A DNA stretch of 64,000 nt, taken from Alphaproteobacteria bacterium (lineage in GTDB: Bacteria > Pseudomonadota > Alphaproteobacteria > Micavibrionales > Micavibrionaceae). The stretch spans positions 379 to 64,378 of the forward strand of contig JAGLMC010000048.1 of assembly GCA_023140215.1 (NCBI GenBank). Reading direction: 5' to 3'. How positions within the stretch are numbered: the first letter of the stretch is position 1; the number at the start of each line of letters is the position of its first letter. The position numbers were made by a program, and so were the translations under genes. This document shows, piece after piece, positions 34,394-44,283 of this stretch. The notes below the pieces were generated by a model. That model ran no database searches and was not told the origin of the DNA. It saw only the letters and a list, made by a program, of their open reading frames with translations.

Positions 34394-35341
34394 TTAAATA
34401 TTACGTCCAAAGTTTAAAAACTTTTCGCGTCGCGATTTAATTAACGCATCACCTTCCCAAGGGGTAAGTTCTTGAAGAGCGCTTTCTATATGTTTGGCTA
34501 CTCTATGGATAGTTTCTTCTTTATGACGGTGTGCGCCACCAATAGGCTCGGAAATAATATCATCAATAAGCTTTAGGTTTTTAAGGTCTTGTGCTGTGAG
34601 CTTTAGAGCATTTGCAGCTTCTTCTGTATGATTACTGCTTCGCCAAAGAATTGAAGCGCAGCCTTCTGGAGAAATAACAGAGTAGATAGAATGTTCCAGC
34701 ATATAAATACGATCTGCTACAGCAATAGCAATAGCTCCACCCGAACCGCCTTCACCAATAATAACAGAAACAATAGGTACATCTGTTCGTAGGCAGGATT
34801 CAATAGATCGAGCAATAGCTTCCGATTGTCCGCGTTCTTCTGCTCCAAGACCCGGATATGCTCCGGCTGTATCAATAAGGGAAATAATAGGTAGCTGAAA
34901 CTGACTAGCCATTTTCATTAGGCGTTGGGCTTTGCGGTATCCTTCCGGTCGTGCCATTCCAAAGTTATGTTTAATGCGACTTTTTGTATCATGGCCTTTT
35001 TCTTGTCCCAAGATAACGCAAGCTGTTCCTGCAAAACGTCCAATTCCTCCCATTAAAGCATAATCTTCTGCAAAGTTTCTATCACCGGCTAATGGTGTAA
35101 AATCTTCAATTAAAGTTGCAATATAATCGACAAAATGCGGGCGGTTTTGATGACGCGCAATCTGGACTTTTTGTGAGGGGGTAAGTTTACTATAGGCTTG
35201 TTGAAGTAATTTATTGGCTTTGAACTGCATGCGGCTTATTTCATCCGCAATATTAATTTCATTGTTACTGCTAACATTCCGTAACTCAGCAATTTTACCT
35301 TCTAGTTCCAAAATCGGCTTTTCAAAGTTCAACTGACTCAT
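34394..35341 (-). CDS. accA: Acetyl-CoA carboxylase carboxyltransferase subunit alpha
   Basis: 315 aa. The AccA pattern [19 protein letters not shown]-like ([13 protein letters not shown]), DTAGAYPG and GEGGSGGA is present. Confidence 0.95.
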   Translation of the reverse strand: MSQLNFEKPILELEGKIAELRNVSSNNEINIADEISRMQFKANKLLQQAYSKLTPSQKVQIARHQNRPHFVDYIATLIEDFTPLAGDRNFAEDYALMGGIGRFAGTACVILGQEKGHDTKSRIKHNFGMARPEGYRKAQRLMKMASQFQLPIISLIDTAGAYPGLGAEERGQSEAIARSIESCLRTDVPIVSVIIGEGGSGGAIAIAVADRIYMLEHSIYSVISPEGCASILWRSSNHTEEAANALKLTAQDLKNLKLIDDIISEPIGGAHRHKEETIHRVAKHIESALQELTPWEGDALIKSRREKFLNFGRNI

Positions 35342-35398
35342 AATCTGACCTTTAATCTGACCTTGTGATTTGATTATTTACTGGAGATACATAACAAA

Positions 35399-35435
35399 TC
35401 AGGCAGATAAATTCAAACTTGAATAGCCTGCCTGA
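35399..35435 (-). terminator. Hairpin downstream of xerD
   Basis: TCAGGCAG...CTGCCTGA forms an 8-bp outer stem, with an inner ATTCAA/TTGAAT pairing. On the minus strand it is followed by TTTGTTAT. Confidence 0.4.
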
Positions 35436-35460
35436 GAAAGATTATTTTAAACAACTATAG

Positions 35461-36453
35461 TTATCCGTCTGTCCCTGTTTTTGACAATGGATGTTTTTCT
35501 TTTACCGTGTTTTTCAAATCTTCTCCAATGATATGCGTATAGATTTGTGTAGTTGCAATATCGGCATGGCCAAGCATTTTTTGAACTGAGCGCAAGTCTG
35601 CACCGTGGCGCAAAAGATGTGTAGCAAACGCATGACGAATAATATGTGGACTAACGCGATCCTCTTCAACACTAGCCGCACGTGCCAGATCTTTCAAAAG
35701 TTGCGCAAAACGCTGGCGAGTTAAGTGACCGCTATCGGATGTACGTGACGGGAATAACCATTTTCCCTGACGTTCTTGTCCATCAGTGCCAATAAATTGC
35801 TTGCGAATGTCTGTATAATTTTTAAGAGCTTTCTGTGCAGGATCAGATAGAGGAACCATACGCTCACGACCAGCCTTGCCTGTAATCATTAGGAACTGGT
35901 TGTTTTCATCAATAGCAGATGTTGGCAAGCCAACTAGCTCAGATACACGAAGTCCGGTTGCATAAAGAACTTCAATTAGACAGACAAGACGAATACTTTC
36001 AGGTGTTCTGCTTTGACCGGCGGTTTTAATCAATTCATCAATTTCAGCTTCACTTAGTGTTTTGGGAAGCGTACGACCTTGCTTAGGGCTTTTAATTGTA
36101 CTTGTAGGATCATCATCTCTGATATCTTCGGAAACTAAAAATCTATAGAATTGACGCAATGCAGATAGACGTCGTGCAATAGTACGAACAGCAACTTTAC
36201 TGGTGTTTGCTCCTTTGCTATGTGTTTTTTCACTAAGATTTTTGAGGTAGTCTTTTAAATCCTCAGTTGTAGCCTTATCAATTTCTATATTTCTTTCTTT
36301 ACGTAAATAAAGGCTTACATCAGCTAGATCACGCCAATAGGCATGGCGGGTATTTAAAGCTGCACCGCGCTCTGTTGTGAGCATATCTAGGAATGTGTCT
36401 ATTAGCGGATGTAGATCCGGTTTTGGTAGTGCTGGGCGACCTGGACGAGCCAT
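35461..36453 (-). CDS. xerD: Site-specific tyrosine recombinase XerD
   Basis: 330 aa. The N-terminal SAM-like domain and the catalytic region (ATGLRVSEL, HIIRHAFATHLL, LGHADIATTQIYTH) are present. Synteny with accA argues for the housekeeping XerD. Confidence 0.85.
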   Translation of the reverse strand: MARPGRPALPKPDLHPLIDTFLDMLTTERGAALNTRHAYWRDLADVSLYLRKERNIEIDKATTEDLKDYLKNLSEKTHSKGANTSKVAVRTIARRLSALRQFYRFLVSEDIRDDDPTSTIKSPKQGRTLPKTLSEAEIDELIKTAGQSRTPESIRLVCLIEVLYATGLRVSELVGLPTSAIDENNQFLMITGKAGRERMVPLSDPAQKALKNYTDIRKQFIGTDGQERQGKWLFPSRTSDSGHLTRQRFAQLLKDLARAASVEEDRVSPHIIRHAFATHLLRHGADLRSVQKMLGHADIATTQIYTHIIGEDLKNTVKEKHPLSKTGTDG

Positions 36454-36475
36454 ATTGGTTTCTCCTCTTGTTTAT

Positions 36476-38245
36476 CTAAAATTTTCCAAGACTTGCACTT
36501 ATCGCTAGAGTTCTGGAAACATCTGTTAAGCCTACATTTTCAGTGTTTTGCAAAACATCCCTAAATAAAATCGGATATATATTTTGTAAATCCTGATTAC
36601 AAAGCAAAATAATACTTAGTAAAATCGTTTCCCCAATTGCACCTTTACGGCTAGATTCTATAGAACGATCCCACACAACACCTGACTGCATTACATAATT
36701 GTCTTTAAAAGTCAAGTAAAAGTCTTTTTCATAAACTTTTTTATGACTGTATGCTTTATGTTTCCCGTTGTCAAATTTTATAAGAATTTCTTGTAAAAGT
36801 AATGCTTGAGCAGGGTTTTGTTTTTGCAATGCATCAAATACTGAATCAAAATTTTCTTTTATATTTTTTGGGGATGGTTTGGTTATGTGACTTGCAACCA
36901 TAAGCTTTGCATATTTTTCCGTATTGTTCGGATTAAGCTTAATTCGTTTATATGCATTTATCCAATTTCTATGGATATTTTTGCCGGCACGGTGAAGAAT
37001 TAAATATACAGATAAAATTTCATCCAGAGAGGCGTTCTCAGTTTTTATTTGTTGAATAATGCTCGCATAGGGAATAAGTGCTGTATATCCAAACTTGTTA
37101 GCCAGAGGTAAAGCTTTGCGCAGGAGTTGCCATTGTTCTTCATGGTCAATAGTTCTTTTTGCTTCATTATATAGGTAAGCCAATTTTCTCCAGTCTTCTT
37201 TTGGCATATTGTCTTTTATAGTATCATTCGTACTGCCATTGCTGTTTTTAGGTGTTGTGGTTTTAGTATAGAGCATTTCAAGTTCATCTGCTGCGATCAG
37301 GCCAAGTTCTACACCACGAATGCTTAATATTATTTTTTCTTGAGCAGAAAGTGTGTCTAATTGCAAAAGAGGTTGTATATGTGCTGCCGGTATTTTTCTA
37401 AGAGCATCTGCTTTAAGATTTTTAATTTCCAGTCTGTCTTCGGCTGCTAAGATAGCACGTTCTAAAACATCTAATCGTTCATAGGCTTTTTTTGTGTATG
37501 TAAAACGGTAGTCTTTGTTTGTTGATAGTTTATTAAGAATTTTGCTGTTTGAAATATATTTTTTGGAAGTTTCTTTTAAAGAACTTTTAGAATCCTTATT
37601 TAACAGGCTGAAATCACAATAAGCAGATAAATCTGTCCAAAAAGATATGTCGGAAAATCTTTTTCCAACAATATTTGTTTCAAGGCATGCCAGAGATTTT
37701 TCACCTGTATATAGCATGGCGAGAACTCCGGCGCGAGCAAGTCGTTCGTGGTATGCTTCGTCTTCAAGGATGCTGTAAAGCTCAAAAGCTTGTTTGTATG
37801 CTCCACCTTCTATGAGTTTTTCAAGGCGCAATGTTAGTAAGTCCCGTCCATTTTCCGGATCAATATCATTTTCAATGAGTTTTGTGTTTGCAGATGTTAA
37901 AAGAATACTCAAAATCATTTTGTTAACTTCAGGCGTTTTAGAAGTTGCAGGCATATTTTCCAGTAAAGCTATAATTGAAGATCGTTTTGAGTTTTTCCAA
38001 ATGTCCTTACCAAAACTTCCTTTACTTAATCTATTGTATAGACCGATACCTTCAATATTTTCAAAGGCTACATCTAAAGTTGTATTAGGTGAAATTGAAT
38101 TAGACGGTTCATCAGATTTAGTTTCAGCATATGCAAAAGAAACCGTTATAACCGTAAAGGTTAAAATCAGAAAAATGGCTAAAAAGTAAATGGATGATCT
38201 ATTAATCACGGAGATGCTCATATGGTATTTCTTTTGAAACTTCAT
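36476..38245 (-). CDS. Large secreted or membrane-anchored hypothetical protein
   Basis: About 589 aa from MKFQKKYHMSISVINRSSIYFLAIFLILTFTVITVSFAYA (signal/anchor). An alternative start is 38221. The composition looks helical and I recognise no family. Confidence 0.6.
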   Translation of the reverse strand: MKFQKKYHMSISVINRSSIYFLAIFLILTFTVITVSFAYAETKSDEPSNSISPNTTLDVAFENIEGIGLYNRLSKGSFGKDIWKNSKRSSIIALLENMPATSKTPEVNKMILSILLTSANTKLIENDIDPENGRDLLTLRLEKLIEGGAYKQAFELYSILEDEAYHERLARAGVLAMLYTGEKSLACLETNIVGKRFSDISFWTDLSAYCDFSLLNKDSKSSLKETSKKYISNSKILNKLSTNKDYRFTYTKKAYERLDVLERAILAAEDRLEIKNLKADALRKIPAAHIQPLLQLDTLSAQEKIILSIRGVELGLIAADELEMLYTKTTTPKNSNGSTNDTIKDNMPKEDWRKLAYLYNEAKRTIDHEEQWQLLRKALPLANKFGYTALIPYASIIQQIKTENASLDEILSVYLILHRAGKNIHRNWINAYKRIKLNPNNTEKYAKLMVASHITKPSPKNIKENFDSVFDALQKQNPAQALLLQEILIKFDNGKHKAYSHKKVYEKDFYLTFKDNYVMQSGVVWDRSIESSRKGAIGETILLSIILLCNQDLQNIYPILFRDVLQNTENVGLTDVSRTLAISASLGKF

Positions 38246-38477
38246 ATTGCCTAATAGGAATATCTGTAAATGCAAAATAGCCAAATCCGCAAACGATAAG
38301 AGCAAGAACGAGAAGCGATGTGAATTTTATAATTTTCATTTTTTAAAAACTTAATTCGAGTATGTTAAATTCGAGTATGATCTGACCTTTGCAAGATTGC
38401 CAATACCATATACAAAGAAATACGGTATTTCAATCTGGATTTTCAGAACTGAATTTCCAGAAAATGTATATGGTATT

Positions 38478-39056
38478 ATGACGCAAAATTTACAAAATTT
38501 AGAACAAATTGAAAATATTAAATCAGTTCTTGATAGGCCTGTAATTCTGATGGGGATGATGGGCGTTGGAAAAAGCCGTATTGGAAGAAAGCTTGCAAAA
38601 GCGTTAAATGTTATTTTTTATGATAGCGATCATTTAATTGAAGAAAAGGCCGGTTGTTCAATTAATGAAATTTTTGAGCGTTTTGGAGAAGATAAATTCA
38701 GAGATTCTGAACACAGAACAATTACAGAATTATTAACTAAAGGTGCATGTATAATAGCAGTTGGAGGAGGCGCTCCAGTTAATAATGAGACATTACGTGC
38801 AATTAAAGAAAAATCTATATCCATTTGGTTAACTACTGACATTGAAAAAATTTTAACTCGACTAAAAGGTAATCAGACTCGACCGTTGTTAAAAGATAAA
38901 AATCATGAGCAAATTCTTAAAAAATTGATGAATGATCGTGCAGCATTCTATGCACAGGCTGATATCAAGCAGGAAACAGGAAGTCTTTCAGTTAAAAAAA
39001 TTATATCAGAGCTTATAAAAGCGTTGTCTGAAAACCTAAATACAGTTACCTTCTAG
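38478..39056 (+). CDS. aroK: Shikimate kinase
   Basis: GMMGVGKSRIGRKLA (P-loop), DSD and GGG motifs are present. I prefer the start at ATG 38478 over the TTG at 38397. Confidence 0.9.
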   Translation: MTQNLQNLEQIENIKSVLDRPVILMGMMGVGKSRIGRKLAKALNVIFYDSDHLIEEKAGCSINEIFERFGEDKFRDSEHRTITELLTKGACIIAVGGGAPVNNETLRAIKEKSISIWLTTDIEKILTRLKGNQTRPLLKDKNHEQILKKLMNDRAAFYAQADIKQETGSLSVKKIISELIKALSENLNTVTF

Positions 39057-39062
39057 CTCATT

Positions 39063-40259
39063 ATGGAGACAAAAATTGTAACAATTGATCTTGGAACAAG
39101 ATCCTATGACATCTATATCGGCTCCGGTCTGCTTTACCGGTTTGCCGACTTTGTGCCGGAAGATATGGAAGGGCTGAATATTTTTGTCATTACAGACAGA
39201 AACGTAGAACCATATGCACGCAAGATTATAGATAGGATTCTTGATGATGGAGCAAGAAGTGCTGAGCTTTTAATATTACCTGCCGGAGAGCAAACTAAGT
39301 CTTATGAGTATGTTGAGAAGGTATGTAATTGGCTTCTTGATAATAATGTAGGGCGTGATTCTATTATTGTTGCTGTTGGCGGTGGAGTTATTGGTGATTT
39401 AACAGGTTTTTGTGCATCGACTATTATGCGTGGTGTTCCCTATGTTCAAGTTCCAACAACGCTTTTATCTCAAGTTGATAGCTCTGTGGGAGGGAAAACC
39501 GGTATCAATACTCCACAAGGTAAAAATCTGATTGGAAGCTTTTTCCAGCCTATTGCTGTTATTGCGGATATAGATACGTTAAAGACACTATCACACAGAC
39601 AGTTTTTATCCGGTTATGCTGAAGTTGTAAAATATGGCTTGATTAATGACAGTCTCTTTTTTGACTGGTTGGAAAAGAATGGTAGTGATGTTTGTGAACT
39701 TGAGAAGGATGCTATAACTCATGTACTGGAAGTTAGTACAAAAGCTAAGGCTGGTGTTGTGCAAACGGATGAGCATGAACATGGACGGCGCGCTCTTTTA
39801 AATTTAGGGCATACGTTTGGACATGCATTGGAAACTGCTGCCGGTTATGGAGATCGTCTTTATCATGGCGAGGCTGTAGCTATTGGAATTGTTATGGCAT
39901 TTGATCTTTCAAAACGTCTTGGATTTTGTACGCAAGATGATCTTGATCGTGTGGAAAGACATTTTATGGATGTTGGATTACCAACTCGTGCGTTATCTAT
40001 TCAGCCAAAGTTGGAAACAACGATTGATGAGCTTATGCTCATTATTGGGCATGATAAGAAAGTTTCCAGAGGTAAAGTAAAATTTATACTCGTTAATGGA
40101 ATCGGAGAAGCTTTTATAACAGATGATGTACCCGAAAAGCTTGTTCGTGCAGTGCTTAAGGATTCTCTAGGTGGAGAGCCAAAACAATCTGTACGAGGTA
40201 ACTTTAAATCTCAAGGAGTGAAAGGTCTATGGAAGTCAGCATTTTCGTCTCTGTCGTAG
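39063..40259 (+). CDS. aroB: 3-dehydroquinate synthase
   Basis: 398 aa. GGGVIGDLTGF, PTTLLSQVDSSVGGKTGIN and LNLGHTFGHA are present. Confidence 0.95.
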   Translation: METKIVTIDLGTRSYDIYIGSGLLYRFADFVPEDMEGLNIFVITDRNVEPYARKIIDRILDDGARSAELLILPAGEQTKSYEYVEKVCNWLLDNNVGRDSIIVAVGGGVIGDLTGFCASTIMRGVPYVQVPTTLLSQVDSSVGGKTGINTPQGKNLIGSFFQPIAVIADIDTLKTLSHRQFLSGYAEVVKYGLINDSLFFDWLEKNGSDVCELEKDAITHVLEVSTKAKAGVVQTDEHEHGRRALLNLGHTFGHALETAAGYGDRLYHGEAVAIGIVMAFDLSKRLGFCTQDDLDRVERHFMDVGLPTRALSIQPKLETTIDELMLIIGHDKKVSRGKVKFILVNGIGEAFITDDVPEKLVRAVLKDSLGGEPKQSVRGNFKSQGVKGLWKSAFSSLS

Positions 40260-41512
40260 CTATTATTATCCTTTTATTTCTTTCGGCTTTTTTCTCTGGA
40301 TCAGAAACAGCCTTAACTGCTGCTTCAAAGTTTCTTCTTCATGCCAAGGAGAAAGAGGGTAATCGTCTGGCTACAATTGTTAACAAGATTCGTGATAAAA
40401 AAGATCGCATGATAGGAGCGCTTTTACTTGGCAATAATTTAGTTAATATTTTGGCCTCTGCTTTGGCTACCAGTGTGCTGATTAAGGTTTTTGGTGATGC
40501 TGGTGTTGTTTATGCAACGCTGGTTATGACTATGATGGTTTTGGTTTTTGCGGAAGTTTTGCCTAAAACATATGCTCTTCATCATGCAGAAAGTATGTCT
40601 ATGCGCATTGCTCCGGTTATGCGTGTTGTTATTTTTATTTTTGCTCCGATTACCGAGGCAGTTACATGGATTGTGCGGTTATGTTTAAAATTCGTTGGTG
40701 TTGATATATCTCGTGTTGGTGCCGGTTCTCATTTGGAATTATTGCGTGGGGTAATTGATATGCATCATGGCCCTGAAGAAGAAACGCAAGAACAACGTGC
40801 TATGTTGCGCTCTATACTTGATTTAGCTGATGTAGATGTTGAAGAAATAATGGTTCATCGTAGGAATGTAACCATGATTGATGCGGATCAAAACATTAAA
40901 AAAATCATTGAAGATGTGCTTGAAAGCTCTTTTACACGCTTGCCTCTATGGAAAAATAAGCAAGATAATATTATTGGAGTTATTCATGTGAGATTATTAC
41001 TTGCTGAAATGAGTAAATCTGCCGGTGATATTTCAAAGATATCACTTGAAAATATAGTTATGGCTCCAAGATTTATTCCTGAAACAACGCATCTGTATGA
41101 CCAGTTACAGGCATTTCGTGATAATAAAGAGCATTTTGCAATTGTTGTTGATGAGTATGGGAGCTTTATGGGTGTTGTGACTCTTGAAGATATTCTTGAA
41201 GAAATTGTTGGAGAAATTGATGATGAACATGATGAAACGGTAGATGGGGTATGTTACTCGACTGAAGGAACATATTTGGTTGATGGAGCTGTTACTATTC
41301 GGGATTTGAATCGTGAATTTGAATGGGGCTTGCCCGATGATGAATATAATACACTGGCAGGTTTAATTATACATGAAGCCCAAACGATTCCGGATGAAGG
41401 GCAGAGTTTTTCTTTTTTCGGATTTCGTATGGATATTGTTAAACGGCAACGTAACCAGATTACACAAATACGTATTACTCCCTCTGAATTAAAGAAAGAT
41501 ATTGAGTCGTAG
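40229..41512 (+). CDS. HlyC/CorC-family (CNNM) transporter, DUF21-CBS-CorC_HlyC
   Basis: 427 aa. FFSGSETALT marks DUF21. A CBS pair follows, then a C-terminal CorC domain (TLAGLIIHEAQTIPDEGQ). The start overlaps the aroB 3' end by 31 nt. Confidence 0.9.
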   Translation: MEVSIFVSVVAIIILLFLSAFFSGSETALTAASKFLLHAKEKEGNRLATIVNKIRDKKDRMIGALLLGNNLVNILASALATSVLIKVFGDAGVVYATLVMTMMVLVFAEVLPKTYALHHAESMSMRIAPVMRVVIFIFAPITEAVTWIVRLCLKFVGVDISRVGAGSHLELLRGVIDMHHGPEEETQEQRAMLRSILDLADVDVEEIMVHRRNVTMIDADQNIKKIIEDVLESSFTRLPLWKNKQDNIIGVIHVRLLLAEMSKSAGDISKISLENIVMAPRFIPETTHLYDQLQAFRDNKEHFAIVVDEYGSFMGVVTLEDILEEIVGEIDDEHDETVDGVCYSTEGTYLVDGAVTIRDLNREFEWGLPDDEYNTLAGLIIHEAQTIPDEGQSFSFFGFRMDIVKRQRNQITQIRITPSELKKDIES

Positions 41513-42272
41513 TTTTTACATTTTCTTTTAAGTGATTAATATTGATTGTACCGATAATTGCACTTGTAACGCCCGGATGTGAAAAGGCAAATTCCAGAGA
41601 TTTGGATGGTGAGGAAGTATGACCACTAGCCATAACTTTCTTTAGTATTAATCCTTTATTATATTCTGCGGCATAATTTAGCACCGGCTTTTCATTTGTA
41701 TTCTCAGTGTTATAAGTGGCCATAACGACATCAAGTAATTGCAATGCCATAATACCACCTTCTATAGTTTTGGTTGAAGCACCAATGGCCTTAACAAGTC
41801 CTTGTTCTTTAAAGTGGTGGAGTTTTTTTATAAGGGAGTTATTTGATAATATCTCGATGTCATGCCCATCAGAATGAATAAGTAATACGTCAATATAATC
41901 TGTATTTAGCCGTTTCAAAGATCTTTCAAGGCTGCGTTCAAAATGATCGGCTGTAAAAATGTATGATGATTTATTATCTTTAAATTCTTCACCGGCTTTA
42001 TCAATAATAACCCATTCATTACGTTGATTATATAAAAGCCGTCCAAGCCGTTCCTCACTGCTACCATAAGAAGGTGCTGTGTCCAGAGTGTTTATGCCGA
42101 GAGCTTTTGCTTGTGTTAATAAATTGCTTAAATGTTCATCAGAAGGAAGTTCATAGCTTTGTGGATATTTTACGCTTTCATTGCGTCCAAATTTGACCGT
42201 CCCAAGTCCTATTGGTGAAACTTCAATTCCAGTTTGTCCTAATTGTCTTTTATCCATTGTGCTTTGTCCCAT
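41475..42272 (-). CDS. Aldo/keto reductase (short form)
   Basis: 265 aa. LGLGTVKFGRN, GINTLDTAPSYG and DVLLIHS follow the AKR pattern. Confidence 0.8.
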   Translation of the reverse strand: MGQSTMDKRQLGQTGIEVSPIGLGTVKFGRNESVKYPQSYELPSDEHLSNLLTQAKALGINTLDTAPSYGSSEERLGRLLYNQRNEWVIIDKAGEEFKDNKSSYIFTADHFERSLERSLKRLNTDYIDVLLIHSDGHDIEILSNNSLIKKLHHFKEQGLVKAIGASTKTIEGGIMALQLLDVVMATYNTENTNEKPVLNYAAEYNKGLILKKVMASGHTSSPSKSLEFAFSHPGVTSAIIGTININHLKENVKTTTQYLSLIQRE

Positions 42273-43402
42273 GGTGCTAGCGTATAAGTTGCTTCCGGCA
42301 AGAATGACCAGTCTGTTTCAGTATTTGAAGGTTTAATTTCTTTTTCTTCAAGGCGTTGTAAAATCTTATCAGAAAGCATTGGAGCAAATGTTAATTTAGT
42401 AGGCCAGCAATACATAATATTTTCTGCTTCATGAATTGTTGGAGTGTCAGGCATCCAGTCTTTAGAGCCTGATTTACCCTCAATGCGATCAACCGGAACA
42501 ACCGCCCATTCAACATTTGATAAATCAACATCCGGTAGATATTTTGCGAAGCTCTTTTTTATTGCTTTGTAAACATCTTTGGGATCAGCTTCTTTTTTGC
42601 GTTCTGCAACATTGCCTCCTATATACCATGCTAGTTTTCCATCGTTTGTTTTATGAGTTGTGATTGTGGCTACAGGCTTTTCGGAAGCTCCAACCAGATG
42701 TGCATAAAGCGGATATGGAGCAGGTTTAATCATTCCCATGAGCAAAGGCCGAGCTTGTGTTTTTAGTCCTGCATTATGGTTAAGGTTTTTTGCAATGTTA
42801 TGATTACTTTTAGCTCCTGTAAAAATAATATGTTTGGCTTTAATATTGTGCTTTTCAAGAAATTCCATAGGTGGAGTATCATCAGTTTTCCGGATAAAGT
42901 TTTTGTAAGGTTCTGCTAATGCATGAAGGATTTTAGAAATATCTAAAACAGGCTCATTCATATAAATAACCGATCCTTTAAAGCCGGTTTGTTTGATTTC
43001 TTTTGGCCATTCTTTTTGTGATAATTCTCTCACATTTTCACTAAGAGCTTTAATCGTTATCAGTTTTATCAAGCTTCCTATTACACCCGGTTCAATGAGC
43101 ATATACTGAGAATAAATAGATTTTTTTGCTGCTGATAAATTAACTGATCCTTTTCCATCTAGGGCTAACCGCCATAAATCAGGCATGGCACTGATAGATT
43201 TGGCGAGCTTGTTAAGTTTTCCTGCAAATGCATATTTAAGGCCGGAATGAATAATTCCCTGAGATGTTATTGTTTGCCCACAGCCAATAGACTCACGCTC
43301 TAGTAAGAGTACATCATATCCCATATGCTTAAGACGGTTGAATATCCAAAGCCCTGCAATTCCTGCGCCGAAAATTACTATGTCAGGGGTTTTGTCAGCC
43401 AT
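42239..43402 (-). CDS. FAD-dependent oxidoreductase (DAO/GlpD-like)
   Basis: 387 aa. DIVIFGAGIAGLW is a dinucleotide-binding fold. SQGIIHSGLKYA resembles the GlpD/DAO signature. Confidence 0.75.
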   Translation of the reverse strand: MADKTPDIVIFGAGIAGLWIFNRLKHMGYDVLLLERESIGCGQTITSQGIIHSGLKYAFAGKLNKLAKSISAMPDLWRLALDGKGSVNLSAAKKSIYSQYMLIEPGVIGSLIKLITIKALSENVRELSQKEWPKEIKQTGFKGSVIYMNEPVLDISKILHALAEPYKNFIRKTDDTPPMEFLEKHNIKAKHIIFTGAKSNHNIAKNLNHNAGLKTQARPLLMGMIKPAPYPLYAHLVGASEKPVATITTHKTNDGKLAWYIGGNVAERKKEADPKDVYKAIKKSFAKYLPDVDLSNVEWAVVPVDRIEGKSGSKDWMPDTPTIHEAENIMYCWPTKLTFAPMLSDKILQRLEEKEIKPSNTETDWSFLPEATYTLAPWDKAQWIKDN

Positions 43403-44253
43403 TTTTCAATAACCTTAATTTGCTTTGGAGCCATTAGTGAAGGTACATGACCGCAATCTTTAAACACAGTTACATCCATGTTTAAACCTGCCCCACGGTT
43501 TTGCATTTGTTTAATAATATCTTTCGTCAGAATTAGTGATTTCTTTCCTTGAATTAGATGTACCGGACAAGTGATATTATCCCATTTCTCCCAAAGGTCG
43601 AACTCACCTGTCGGGTTGTTTTCAAAGACAATAGCAATTTTAGGATCATATGAGTATGTGATACTGGAATCATCAAGCGCTCTGGCGTTATGTTCTGCCA
43701 TATGTTTCCATTGCTCATTTGTAACATGCCCCCATGTTAGGCCGCGTGTTTTTCGCATCCATTTTTCCAGATCATTGATTGTATCAAAATGGTATGTTTG
43801 TGAAATTATGGTATAAATAAACTCAAGTGCTGCTTTAGGTACAACCGGCCCAACATCATTTAGAATAAGCCGGCCAATAGGCGAGTTCTTCATTCCGGCT
43901 AAATAAATACCAAGTAATCCACCTAGAGATACGCCAATCCAATCAACACTTGCAGGCTCATTAAAACCCAAATGAGCGAGTAGTGCGGTAAGATCCTGAG
44001 TATATTGTGCATAGGTATAATCAAGTGGATTTGGTAGAAAGTCACTACGTCCGCGTCCGGGTAAATCAACGGCAATCAAGCGGTATCCCTTATTACATAA
44101 ATCTTTGGCAAGGAAGTCAAAATCATGACCATTTCCAGTTAAGCCGTGAACACATATAACAGGAATACCATCCTTATCACCCCAGTCATTATAAATAATG
44201 CGGTGAAAACCTTCAGAGTTAAGTCCAAAATATTGTTTTTCAGAAAAAGACAT
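43378..44253 (-). CDS. Alpha/beta-fold hydrolase
   Basis: 291 aa. VHGLTGNGHDF marks the oxyanion region. GVSLGG is the nucleophile elbow (GxSxG). The C-terminal CGHVP provides the catalytic His. Confidence 0.8.
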   Translation of the reverse strand: MSFSEKQYFGLNSEGFHRIIYNDWGDKDGIPVICVHGLTGNGHDFDFLAKDLCNKGYRLIAVDLPGRGRSDFLPNPLDYTYAQYTQDLTALLAHLGFNEPASVDWIGVSLGGLLGIYLAGMKNSPIGRLILNDVGPVVPKAALEFIYTIISQTYHFDTINDLEKWMRKTRGLTWGHVTNEQWKHMAEHNARALDDSSITYSYDPKIAIVFENNPTGEFDLWEKWDNITCPVHLIQGKKSLILTKDIIKQMQNRGAGLNMDVTVFKDCGHVPSLMAPKQIKVIEKWLTKPLT

Positions 44254-44283
44254 AGGAGCAGTTTACAGTTGTTTTAAAAAGAA

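Noticed and set aside
35461-36453. I considered the tyrosine recombinase as an integrase marking a mobile element, possibly responsible for the cassette at 30.5-31.9 kb.
   Set aside because: The sequence and the accA-xerD-aroK synteny fit the housekeeping XerD. There are no flanking att-like repeats, tRNA, or phage/ICE genes, and the gene lies 3.5 kb from the cassette.
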